Shown piece by piece: positions 1-7,933 of a DNA stretch of 27,661 nucleotides. Numbering within the stretch: position 1 is the first letter of the stretch; each line of letters opens with the position of its first letter. The position numbers were made by a program, and so were the translations under genes. Source of the DNA: a virus (Duplodnaviria; Caudoviricetes); IMG/VR virus record IMGVR_UViG_3300021138_000133, positions 1 through 27,661 of that record. One strand, given 5' to 3'. Under the pieces are notes generated by a model. That model was not told the origin of the DNA, ran no database searches, and saw only the letters and a program-made list of their open reading frames with translations.

Positions 1-57
1 TTAGGTCATCAGGTTTTCATCCTGGCAATCGGGGTTCGATTCCCCGTGGCGTTACCA
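1..57 (+). tRNA. tRNA-Glu(TTC), 5' end cut by window edge
   Basis: Anticodon stem TCAGG/CCTGG around loop TTTTCAT; T-arm CGGGG-TTCGATT-CCCCG; ends ACCA. Confidence 0.9.
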
Positions 58-126
58 AAGGTTAAATCCGGCTGGGAGCGCCAAGACCGACACAGGTAAG
101 AAGTTGGCAGTTGTAAATAGTTGTAT

Positions 127-202
127 GCGGGCGTAGCTCAGCTGGTAGAGCGTGTGCTTGCCAAGCACAAGGTCGAGAGTTCGAGCCTCTTCGCCCGCTC
201 CA
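127..202 (+). tRNA. tRNA-Gly(GCC)
   Basis: 76-nt cloverleaf; acceptor GCGGGCG/CGCCCGC; anticodon loop TTGCCAA; ends TCCA. Confidence 0.96.
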
Positions 203-207
203 GGTTT

Positions 208-283
208 GGCTCCTTAGCTCAATTGGCAGAGCGTTGGTCTCCAAAACCAAAGGTTCGCGGTTCGAGGCCGTGAGGGGTCGCCA
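208..283 (+). tRNA. tRNA-Trp(CCA)
   Basis: 76-nt cloverleaf; TTGGT-CTCCAAA-ACCAA anticodon arm; GGTTCGA T-loop; ends GCCA. Confidence 0.95.
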
Positions 284-298
284 AAGATTAGGAAAGAT

Positions 299-871
299 AT
301 GAAAGAACTTTTTAAAGTAGTTAGAAATGCTGTAAGTGAAGATGCACTGGAGTTGGTCAAGAACAGTATCCTGCTCAGCAAGCAAGCGGACTATTTCAAC
401 AAAGGCGTTGATCAAAATAATCGCACAGCATTTGGCGATGAGCAAAGCCCTATCAGTTATGCCAACTATAGTTTGGCAGTGAACGATGCACTAATGTTGA
501 CCATACATCCGTTAATGGAAGAGACTACAGGATTAGATCTATATCCCACATACACATACAGTCGTATCTACTGGCGTGGTAGTACCTTGGCCAAACACAC
601 AGATCGTCCCAGCTGTCAATATAGTGCCACTATCTGTATCGCTAACAATCCAGTACCCTGGGGCATCTATATGGCAGGTACTCCGGTGTACTTGGAACCA
701 GGTGACCTGGTGGTATACAAAGGTTGCGAAATTGAACACTGGCGCGATCCATACGAAGGCAATCAACAGATACAGGTTTTCTGTCATTATGTGGATGCCA
801 ATGGCGAGTATGCCGACTACAAGTATGACAAGCGTCCTATGCTGGGACTAGATTCTAAAACAAAACGATAA
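299..871 (+). CDS. Fe(II)/2-oxoglutarate-dependent oxygenase (prolyl-hydroxylase-like)
   Basis: HTD facial-triad motif (LAKHTDRPSCQYSATI), PGDLVVY strand, distal His in EHWR; AGGA SD upstream. Confidence 0.85.
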   Translation: MKELFKVVRNAVSEDALELVKNSILLSKQADYFNKGVDQNNRTAFGDEQSPISYANYSLAVNDALMLTIHPLMEETTGLDLYPTYTYSRIYWRGSTLAKHTDRPSCQYSATICIANNPVPWGIYMAGTPVYLEPGDLVVYKGCEIEHWRDPYEGNQQIQVFCHYVDANGEYADYKYDKRPMLGLDSKTKR

Positions 872-879
872 GCCTTAAT

Positions 880-953
880 GCGGGATTAGTTTAATGGTAA
901 AACAGCAGATTTCCAATCTTCGGTCAAGGGTTCGATTCCCTTATCCCGCTCCA
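880..953 (+). tRNA. tRNA-Gly(TCC)
   Basis: Acceptor GCGGGAT/ATCCCGC; loop TTTCCAA; T-arm AAGGG-TTCGATT-CCCTT; ends TCCA. Confidence 0.94.
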
Positions 954-967
954 ATCCCAAACGCAAT

Positions 968-1044
968 TCCCCGGTAGCTCAGTCGGTAGAAGCGCCAAAC
1001 TGTTAATTTGGATGTCGTACGTTCAAGTCGTACCCGGGGAGCCA
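968..1044 (+). tRNA. tRNA-Asn(GTT)
   Basis: Acceptor TCCCCGG/CCGGGGA; CCAAA-CTGTTAA-TTTGG anticodon arm; ends GCCA. Confidence 0.95.
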
Positions 1045-1050
1045 AACAAT

Positions 1051-1127
1051 GTGGGTGTGCCGCTGAACGGTTAGGCCACGGATTGCAAATCCGTTTTATG
1101 CAGGTTCGATTCCTGTCACCCACTCCA
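1051..1127 (+). tRNA. tRNA-Cys(GCA)
   Basis: Acceptor GTGGGTG/CACCCAC; ACGGA-TTGCAAA-TCCGT anticodon arm; U73 discriminator; CCA end. Confidence 0.92.
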
Positions 1128-1130
1128 AAA

Positions 1131-1159
1131 TTGACAAATAAATCCATTTAATGTATAAT
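1131..1159 (+). promoter_or_regulatory. sigma70-type promoter
   Basis: Perfect TTGACA-N17-TATAAT; an ATG (1166) follows 6 nt later. Confidence 0.85.
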
Positions 1160-1165
1160 ACAAGT

Positions 1166-1471
1166 ATGCAAAAATTAATTCGAGATAATAAAGTGGCTGT
1201 GTTGGTAAGCCCAGGATTTGGTGCTGGATGGTACACCTGGCACAGCATTGAAGAACTTGTATACGATCCCTCTATAGTAGAATGGGTTGAGCGGCAAGAG
1301 TTAGATAAGATTCAGGCTTATATGGAATTAAAATACCCCGAAGCATATTGCGGAGGGTTAGAAGATTTAGAAGTAAATTGGGTGCCATTGGGAGAACGGT
1401 TTCGTATTGAAGAATATGACGGAGCAGAGAGCCTGGTGCTTGAATCAGAACAACGCTGGATGACAGCATAA
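1166..1471 (+). CDS. hypothetical phage protein
   Basis: ORF with KVAVLVSPGFGAGW motif. Start moved from 1151 to 1166 because ATG 1151 lies inside the promoter. Confidence 0.8.
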   Translation: MQKLIRDNKVAVLVSPGFGAGWYTWHSIEELVYDPSIVEWVERQELDKIQAYMELKYPEAYCGGLEDLEVNWVPLGERFRIEEYDGAESLVLESEQRWMTA

Positions 1472-1491
1472 CATAAAGAAAGGAGCACAAT

Positions 1492-1557
1492 ATGCCAGCA
1501 GTATTTTTAGTCAGCGACACGCACTTTGGTCACGAGAAGGTGTCTTACGCTGTTTGA
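1492..1557 (+). pseudogene. N-terminal remnant of a metallophosphoesterase gene
   Basis: MPAVFLVSDTHFGHEKVSYAV* carries the DxH motif I, behind the same TAAAGAAAGGAGC RBS as the intact copy at 1652. Confidence 0.75.
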
Positions 1558-1594
1558 CGATGCGTAATGGTGTCAAAAATGCCAAACCATTCGA

Positions 1595-1623
1595 TTGACC
1601 CTGAATTCATTTTGTAGTATAAT
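1595..1623 (+). promoter_or_regulatory. sigma70-type promoter
   Basis: TTGACC-N17-TATAAT upstream of the phosphoesterase. Confidence 0.75.
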
Positions 1624-1651
1624 AGTATTTTAACATTAAAGAAAGGAGCCT

Positions 1652-2203
1652 ATGATGCCCTCAATATGGTTATATTCAGACCCGCACTTTTCCCATCAAG
1701 GGGTGTGTAGGTTCCTGCGAGCCGATGGAGTGACCAAACTGCGTCCTTGGGACACCGCAGAAGAAATGGACGAAGAACTTGTTCGTAGATTTAACGAAAC
1801 TGTTGGACCTAACGACAAAGTGTATATGTTAGGAGATATTGCGTTTAAGCGTAGTCATGTCCGCATCTTGGATCGACTGATCTGTAAGGACCTGGTCCTT
1901 ATCAAAGGTAACCACGATGTAGAAGATCTCAGCCTCTACTCGCAATACTTCCGTGATATCCGTGCTTATCATATTATGGATAACTACCTGTTATCACATA
2001 TTCCCATCCACCCAGAAAGTTTGAGTAGATGGAAAGGTAACTGGCACGGACACTTACACGCTAACAGCGTTGGTGGTCCGGATGCTGTCGATCCCAGGTA
2101 TATGTGTCTTTGCGTAGAGCAGACAGATTATCGCCCAATCTTGTTTGAACGGGCGCGAGATCGATTTAACGAGCAGATGGAACTGAGTCGGTCACTGTGG
2201 TAG
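1652..2203 (+). CDS. calcineurin-like metallophosphoesterase
   Basis: Motifs SDPHF, LGD, GNHD, LSH, HGHLH. Confidence 0.92.
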   Translation: MMPSIWLYSDPHFSHQGVCRFLRADGVTKLRPWDTAEEMDEELVRRFNETVGPNDKVYMLGDIAFKRSHVRILDRLICKDLVLIKGNHDVEDLSLYSQYFRDIRAYHIMDNYLLSHIPIHPESLSRWKGNWHGHLHANSVGGPDAVDPRYMCLCVEQTDYRPILFERARDRFNEQMELSRSLW

Positions 2204-2899
2204 TGGTATTAGTTTGGATCTCAACCCCACATATCGTGTAGTTTTGTGGGTGTTGAAATCTTCCTTTGACACTGAACAATAGGTATCGGTGGTTAGGTCA
2301 TAGGCAGACACAAAACCAGCGGTGCTACCTTTGTATTTTGTGTTTTTGTGCAGGTTAAACTCATCACGTGTGATTTTGACTTTTTTGTTAGTGGCAATAT
2401 CAACAGCCATAACTTTGTCTGTGTTTGCCACAGATAGTTTTTTGCGTTTTTGTGCTGAACCAACATTGCCGGTATTGGCCATGGCAATATTTTGTTTATG
2501 CGATTCGCTTTTTGGTCTGCCCTTACCGGCCTTGCTCATATTTTGTCGGGCTTGGTCAGTTAGTATGCCAACTCGACGGATGACTTCAACATCAGAATCG
2601 GGGTCGTGATATTTGCCGTTGAGTAGTAATGTATCGCCCCAGTTGTCTCGGATTAGTAGTTGTTCGTAGGTCCAGCATACCAAGGAATCTTCGTGTTCGA
2701 ATACAACCTCAGCTGTAAATGCGTCAATACCGTATTTGGCTATTTTAGTTTCGATAGTATTAGACGAAGTAAAGTAGGTTACCCAAATATCGTCTTTTGG
2801 TAACAGATTTAGTTTAATATTTTTGTAGCGATAGCCGTAGTAAAACTCACCAGTGATGGTGTTTGTTATTTTATATACATAGGCGGGAATAAATATCAT
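2192..2899 (-). CDS. free-standing GIY-YIG (Seg-like) homing endonuclease with NUMOD3-like repeats
   Basis: N-terminal YVYKITNTITGEFYYGYR, YFTSS, downstream E and N; basic helical repeats (KSESHKQNIAMANTG); C-terminal repeated modules. Confidence 0.8.
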   Translation of the reverse strand: MIFIPAYVYKITNTITGEFYYGYRYKNIKLNLLPKDDIWVTYFTSSNTIETKIAKYGIDAFTAEVVFEHEDSLVCWTYEQLLIRDNWGDTLLLNGKYHDPDSDVEVIRRVGILTDQARQNMSKAGKGRPKSESHKQNIAMANTGNVGSAQKRKKLSVANTDKVMAVDIATNKKVKITRDEFNLHKNTKYKGSTAGFVSAYDLTTDTYCSVSKEDFNTHKTTRYVGLRSKLIPLPQ

Positions 2900-2967
2900 T
2901 GCTGGTGCTCCTCAAAAGCGTTAGAGTCGGTGGATGTTAGTAGCATCGCGATCGACACTTTTATTTA
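2890..2967 (-). repeat. conserved endonuclease-leader element, copy 1 (TAAATA + hairpin + RBS + first codons)
   Basis: Aligns along its full length with 27252-27328; compensatory base changes in two stems. Confidence 0.85.
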
Positions 2968-3009
2968 TCACTTTGGAGACTTCTTCTGACAGGATAGAAC
3001 AGCGTTAGA

Positions 3010-3063
3010 GAAGCAGAAGGTGGTGTAGTTGGATTTAGGAACGGTAACGGCCCTACAATGTAG
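3010..3063 (+). pseudogene. probable C-terminal remnant of the displaced phosphoesterase allele
   Basis: Start-less frame EAEGGVVGFRNGNGPTM*. I recall this as a C-terminus of related phage phosphoesterases; unverified. Confidence 0.5.
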
Positions 3064-3121
3064 TAAGTCTTGGACACGCAGACTTTAAAGCGAGGTGGGA
3101 GTAAGTGGAAGCCTTACAACA
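3059..3121 (+). ncRNA. candidate structured small RNA
   Basis: AGTCT/AGACT hairpin with possible CGC/GCG pseudoknot; GTAAG-TGGAAGC-CTTAC T-arm-like hairpin; intergenic. Confidence 0.3.
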
Positions 3122-3249
3122 AATATGCTGACCTCAACCTCAAAAGGGTTACAGCATCCGCCTTGGTTAACAATATCTTCTAACATGGTATATTTATAAC
3201 CCCATACCCTGGTGGCGAAATTGGTTACCGATTCCAAATAAATAGTAGT

Positions 3250-3489
3250 ATGCGAGCATTGCTGGACAAGCATCCATTTCTCCATACTGCGTCCGTTCCA
3301 TGGCCGACTACAGATTCGCCACAAGTTGACTGGGACTTAGGTGTTCATCTCATTGAAAATTGGCTTAACTTACACGTAGGGTCCAGGCTTGATTCATGGG
3401 CTTGGAGTGAGAGCTATTACTCTTATCATCTAGGGGTAGGATTTCGTTGGGAACAACATAAAACTTTATTTGTATTAAAGTGGAGTTAA
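3250..3489 (+). CDS. small protein of the F-x-L-[RK]-W C-terminal family
   Basis: Ends FRWEQHKTLFVLKWS like the 22-25 kb array; TAAATA 5 nt before ATG. Confidence 0.8.
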   Translation: MRALLDKHPFLHTASVPWPTTDSPQVDWDLGVHLIENWLNLHVGSRLDSWAWSESYYSYHLGVGFRWEQHKTLFVLKWS

Positions 3490-3553
3490 TGGAATAACAG
3501 AGCCGTAACAAGGCTTTATTCTAAGTTCAAAGCTACACTTACTAAGTAACTAT

Positions 3554-4063
3554 ATGATTAAAACTATTGGCCCTATAGATTCGGCTAAAATTCTTGAAGT
3601 TTATAACAATATCGAATCAGGAATCCAATGGACGGATTTTGGCCATAAAGGTCGACAAACCGGCCTACAATATCGAGAAGGCACCGATCCATGGGCAGAT
3701 GCAGTTGGCCGATATCAAAGCGTAAGAGAAACCACTTACAATTTATTAAATCCATACTACAAAGATACTGTATTTGAAGAAATCATTGCCGAATACAATT
3801 TATACAGAACTAGACTCATGTGGATCAATCCATTTGCTTGTTACAGCATGCATTATGATGCCGCACCTAGAATACATATTCCACTGATCACTAATCCAGG
3901 TTGTTATTTTGTATTTAAACGTGGTACTGTAGAACATTTACCAGTAGATTCAGTATATCAAGTTGATACCAGATATGAACATACTTTTATGAATGCTTCG
4001 GGTGAAACACGATTACATTTGGTAGGAGTAGTAGACGAGTATGCTACAGCAATCTCAGGTTAA
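3554..4063 (+). CDS. aspartyl/asparaginyl beta-hydroxylase-like Fe(II)/2OG oxygenase
   Basis: RTRLM...HYD...RIHIPLITNP...HTFMN...RLHLV pattern. Confidence 0.85.
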   Translation: MIKTIGPIDSAKILEVYNNIESGIQWTDFGHKGRQTGLQYREGTDPWADAVGRYQSVRETTYNLLNPYYKDTVFEEIIAEYNLYRTRLMWINPFACYSMHYDAAPRIHIPLITNPGCYFVFKRGTVEHLPVDSVYQVDTRYEHTFMNASGETRLHLVGVVDEYATAISG

Positions 4064-4605
4064 ATTATATAATCTTTAAAAATTTCCAAACTTTGATCCC
4101 AAGTAAGTCGACGTCCAGTGGTCTTGTCTCGATAGACTAAACAAAATGTTCGTCTTGGATCAGTTACATTTGATACAGTATGGGCTGTTCCTACTTGAAC
4201 CAGACTGGGTTGTTTAACTTCTTGTGCGTGTACTAAAGTTGCATCTTCTGGATTCCAATGCAGACTACGAGTCATAATAGGTGTAGTAAACACCTTGCTT
4301 GGATTGGCCAGATCAACGTCATACCATTCCATTAGACTTCCAGGGCTCCCATAAGTCCAGTTTAATTTTGTAAAATCTCCACCGTTGTCGTCCACGTGAA
4401 TACTGCCCAGTTGCAAATTCCATTTACAAAAGTATTCTAGCAGAGTAATTCTTAGATTAAAACTTGTTAACAGCTCTACCCATTCAGGATTGACGTAGGT
4501 TTCTACATTAAATTCTAAATGACGTTCTTGCGGAAACGTCAGTGGATCGTATTCCGGCTTGAGCAACGGAATATCGATATTCATATCCTGACAATATTTG
4601 TTCAT
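4060..4605 (-). CDS. HxD...H cupin/2OG-oxygenase-like protein
   Basis: IHVD, KLNW, AHTV..N, R motifs. Start re-assigned to ATG 4605, 5 nt after TATAAATA. Confidence 0.7.
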   Translation of the reverse strand: MNKYCQDMNIDIPLLKPEYDPLTFPQERHLEFNVETYVNPEWVELLTSFNLRITLLEYFCKWNLQLGSIHVDDNGGDFTKLNWTYGSPGSLMEWYDVDLANPSKVFTTPIMTRSLHWNPEDATLVHAQEVKQPSLVQVGTAHTVSNVTDPRRTFCLVYRDKTTGRRLTWDQSLEIFKDYII

Positions 4606-4631
4606 AATAATATTTATATATAGTGGTATGG

Positions 4632-4660
4632 TTGACAACTAATTAAGTTGGTTATACAAT
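4632..4660 (+). promoter_or_regulatory. sigma70-type promoter with inverted repeat overlapping the spacer
   Basis: TTGACA-N17-TACAAT; CAACT-AATTA-AGTTG inverted repeat. Confidence 0.55.
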
Positions 4661-4703
4661 GTAAAGGATCAATATAATAATGGGTATTTTACTGTAAATA
4701 AAT

Positions 4704-4991
4704 ATGTTTATGCTCGAGTTCGAAACAAAACTATTTTATAAAATATTTGATGACTTACCAGAAATCCCTCAGGATTTAGTAGATGAGTATATTTTGTCAA
4801 CAAAATCTAGTCTGGGGCCTGGTCACAAATCACTGCCGGGATATATAAGAGACGACGGCCGGACAGATAGTCCAGAACTGGTATCAGAGGACCTATCCGA
4901 CGATATTAAAGAATGGATAGATAAAAATATAATAACAGCGGCTAGTATTCTTCCATCTAGCAATTATTTTAAACTTCTCATCATTAAATGA
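4704..4991 (+). CDS. hypothetical protein, possibly a truncated N-terminal part of an oxygenase-like gene
   Basis: 95-aa ORF with no catalytic motif; ATGA-coupled to the TctC gene; alternative start 4710. Confidence 0.5.
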   Translation: MFMLEFETKLFYKIFDDLPEIPQDLVDEYILSTKSSLGPGHKSLPGYIRDDGRTDSPELVSEDLSDDIKEWIDKNIITAASILPSSNYFKLLIIK

Positions 4992-5842
4992 AAAAATTCC
5001 TTGTACTATTACTAGTAATGTTACCCACAGTATGCTGGGGTCAAACAACTATAATCGTTCCATTTGCGCCCGGGGGCTCATATGATATACTAGGAAGAAA
5101 ATTTGCACAGTTTGCACAAATTAAAACAGGTCGCCCGTTTGTAGTTGAAAATATCTCGGGCGCAGGCGGAAATATAGGAGTTTCAAAATTCCTAAATTCT
5201 CGTCCAAATACATTACTAATTACCAGCAGTAGTTTATATCTTGCTATAAACAATAAAGAATTTAATTTAGAAGATTTTAGACCTATTGCTATTTTAGCAG
5301 AAGCGCCATTCTTTTTAGCTGTTAATAAATTACAACAGTTTACTTGTGAAAAGTTAAAATATTCAACTGACCATTATTTTTTAGGTAGCGCGGCGCTAAC
5401 TCATACTGAGGTAATTGCAAAAATAATATCATCAAAATATCCCAACATTGAAAATATTCCATACAAGGCAGTTAAACAATCTACAGTAGACCTCATTGGT
5501 GGTCGAATTAATGGTGCCATAACAACAAGTACTAATGATATTATTGATCCGTTAATTCCATTGGCAAATACTTCTAATCGTACAGTTAACGGTGTGCCTT
5601 CATTTAATGATTGCTTAGGAATCGCTAATACGCCGCAGGGAGATTTTTTGTTAATAACAAATACCACTAGCGATGATGCATTTATTAAAGATACAAACAC
5701 ACTAGCCCTGGAATTTCTTAAAGATCGAGATATTCAAGCCTATTATCAAGAAAATTCAATGTCTAGTGACTCGACTAAGTTAAAAGATGTAAGATCAACA
5801 GTTAAGTCTCATCTTGATGCGTGGAAAAGAGTTATAAAATAA
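4988..5842 (+). CDS. tripartite tricarboxylate transporter substrate-binding protein (Bug/TctC family)
   Basis: Signal peptide, IIVPFAPGGSYDILGR, VVENISGAGGNIG, IPYK, DLIGGRI signatures. Confidence 0.9.
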   Translation: MKKFLVLLLVMLPTVCWGQTTIIVPFAPGGSYDILGRKFAQFAQIKTGRPFVVENISGAGGNIGVSKFLNSRPNTLLITSSSLYLAINNKEFNLEDFRPIAILAEAPFFLAVNKLQQFTCEKLKYSTDHYFLGSAALTHTEVIAKIISSKYPNIENIPYKAVKQSTVDLIGGRINGAITTSTNDIIDPLIPLANTSNRTVNGVPSFNDCLGIANTPQGDFLLITNTTSDDAFIKDTNTLALEFLKDRDIQAYYQENSMSSDSTKLKDVRSTVKSHLDAWKRVIK

Positions 5843-7068
5843 TGTTTTTTACTGACGAGTTAGAATTTACTAAACATGGGTATTACCAAGTTAACAATAT
5901 AAAAACTTTAAGTAAATTTGAAGCCTTACGGTTTTCAGGCAACGATATTGGTCAAATTCGATTCGTATACAACGAAGATGTAATGGATCAACAGGATTGG
6001 ACTGTTGAACCAACCGAAGATATCTATGAGTTATATGCTGAACGTGCTCGTCAACTGCGTGGAAAGTACGACTATCTTGTGTTGTTGTACAGTGGCGGAA
6101 TTGATAGCCATACTGTATTAACCTCCTTTTTAGAAAACAACATACGCTTAGATGAAATTTGCTCGTTCACTAATACTCAGGTAGAATCTACGTCAGGCAA
6201 ATTTAATCAAGAAGTATTCAATGCCGCTGTTCCGTTTGTGAATACATTAGATTTAACAAAACTTGGTACTAAATTTAGATTGTTTGATATCAGTGATCTA
6301 GTGATTAACCAATTTGATGATGAGTTTCATTTTGAGAATCATCACTTGTATAACCAAGGAGTTGGCAATAACTGGACCAATGCCACTCGATCACACCTGC
6401 TTAAATCTAAAATACAGGATCATATGAGATTAACTGAACAAGGTAAAACTGTATGCTATATTTGGGGGTATGATAAGCCATTGCTAATGTTTAAAGACAA
6501 TAATTATTATATACAGTTTGCTGATAACTCCATAGACTTAAATATGCGGCAGTACGTTAATAAAAAAATGTTGGCCGGCAAATTTGCTAACTTTTACGAT
6601 GAACCTTTTTATACCTGTAGAGAGTTGCCCAACATAACTATAAAACAAGCCCACTTGTTACTTAAACTAATTAAAACTATTAGTCCTGCGGATCCAAGAC
6701 TACAGTCACAAGATGAACTACCTACTTCGGGTCCGTTTGTTGTACATCATCGAGCCGAGTATTTTAGATTTTTACCCAAGAAGTTAGTCGATGGAGCAAT
6801 TTACCCTAGAGCAAACTTATTACAGTTTAGTGACGATAAAACCAGGACTAGTATGATTTTAGCTGCTAAAGATACTTGGTTTATACGCTCTAATCACCAC
6901 AACCAACACAAGTGGTTACAACATTTAGATAATTTAATAAAAGAAAATCAAGGATTATTTCGTTTTAAAAATAATAAAGTTTTACAGATAAATCATATGC
7001 TTAGTAAATCTTATTGTGTTGGTAAATTTAATCCTTTTGGAGACAACAATGATAATAACAAAAAATAA
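5842..7068 (+). CDS. PP-loop (adenine nucleotide alpha-hydrolase) ATP pyrophosphatase-like protein, long type
   Basis: LLYSGGIDS; clear paralogue of 18181-19341; start at TAATG overlap 5842. Confidence 0.75.
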   Translation: MFFTDELEFTKHGYYQVNNIKTLSKFEALRFSGNDIGQIRFVYNEDVMDQQDWTVEPTEDIYELYAERARQLRGKYDYLVLLYSGGIDSHTVLTSFLENNIRLDEICSFTNTQVESTSGKFNQEVFNAAVPFVNTLDLTKLGTKFRLFDISDLVINQFDDEFHFENHHLYNQGVGNNWTNATRSHLLKSKIQDHMRLTEQGKTVCYIWGYDKPLLMFKDNNYYIQFADNSIDLNMRQYVNKKMLAGKFANFYDEPFYTCRELPNITIKQAHLLLKLIKTISPADPRLQSQDELPTSGPFVVHHRAEYFRFLPKKLVDGAIYPRANLLQFSDDKTRTSMILAAKDTWFIRSNHHNQHKWLQHLDNLIKENQGLFRFKNNKVLQINHMLSKSYCVGKFNPFGDNNDNNKK

Positions 7069-7876
7069 CTGGATTACCTCTAATCTTGAGTCAAGGTATA
7101 CTAATCCAACGGTAGATTTTCAATTGACATTTAATATGTATCCATTTAAAAAAATGTCTTTTGACAAGGCAGTCGAAATGACTGCTAAAGAAATTGCTAG
7201 TAAATATTCAAATTTTTACATATCGCTGAGCGGTGGTTACGATTCAGAGTTTGTATTAAGGGCATTTCATCGACATAATATTCCAATGACTCCTATCATT
7301 GTTTGTGTTGGCGCCGACTACCCAGAACGTAGGTTTGCGTACAAAGCCTGCGAGGATTTAGGAATAACCCCAGTAGAAATTACACCCACAGACGACGAGT
7401 TTGTAGAATGTTGTCGAGAAAAAATATTTAAGAAATTCGGCGGCATTGGGTATAACTCTACTCAGGTAATGTTTTCCGCAGAATACGCAAAACAAAATAA
7501 CGGCACATTGATAACCGGCGGGCATTTTATCGGCGACGAACATACTAATCTTGCCGACGATTGGGTAACCACATTTGAGTGGGATTTTTATACAGGCTAT
7601 GCTTATCCAGAGGTTAATAAAATTGATTTTTACTTATATACTATGGAGTTGATGTGGTCGATGTTTCCAGATCATAGCAACGGTAATTGGAGTGAGTATA
7701 AGCAAAAATTATTAGGGCTTGAATATCGAGAAAAAACTAGACCGCGATATTCAGACGATGTCAAGGCAGGATTGCGCTCAATGCTTGGAAAAAGAGAGGA
7801 TTATACACACGGAACCGAGCACCGTTGGTCCAAGGAAGAGTTTGATAAGATGATCAACCCTTTCCTTATCAAATAG
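7049..7876 (+). CDS. PP-loop ATP pyrophosphatase-like protein, short type
   Basis: ISLSGGYDSEFVL; GGAG SD before ATG 7049; paralogue of 10001-10882. Confidence 0.75.
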   Translation: MIITKNNWITSNLESRYTNPTVDFQLTFNMYPFKKMSFDKAVEMTAKEIASKYSNFYISLSGGYDSEFVLRAFHRHNIPMTPIIVCVGADYPERRFAYKACEDLGITPVEITPTDDEFVECCREKIFKKFGGIGYNSTQVMFSAEYAKQNNGTLITGGHFIGDEHTNLADDWVTTFEWDFYTGYAYPEVNKIDFYLYTMELMWSMFPDHSNGNWSEYKQKLLGLEYREKTRPRYSDDVKAGLRSMLGKREDYTHGTEHRWSKEEFDKMINPFLIK

Positions 7877-7878
7877 TA

Positions 7879-7907
7879 TTGACTATTATAAATAGTTGTA
7901 GTATAAT
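7879..7907 (+). promoter_or_regulatory. sigma70-type promoter with embedded TATAAATA
   Basis: TTGACT-N17-TATAAT; TATAAATA at 7887-7894. Confidence 0.6.
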
Positions 7908-7933
7908 GTAAATTACGATAATGGATTTATTTA

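Noticed and set aside
58-115. Possible HDV-like (theta) ribozyme after tRNA-Glu
   Set aside because: Could not build the nested double pseudoknot or find the conserved L3 and J4/2 residues by eye.
62-445. Minus-strand ORFs over tRNA genes (62-445, 941-1147)
   Set aside because: Antisense to clear tRNA genes; typical spurious translations.
2192-2899. Endonuclease genes as group I intron ORFs
   Set aside because: The GIY-YIG and HNH genes are antisense to intact neighbours and no intron core elements were recognised; all three appear free-standing.
3066-3092. preQ1-I riboswitch call, tempting given the QueC-like gene
   Set aside because: Only the topology is similar; the loop and A-rich tail do not fit the consensus and no relevant gene follows.
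3085-3324. 79-aa minus-strand ORF and other short ORFs nested in or antisense to longer genes (e.g. 576-851, 17297-17806, 21023-21514, 25849-26133)
   Set aside because: Shadow frames of better-supported genes, with no RBS or motifs.
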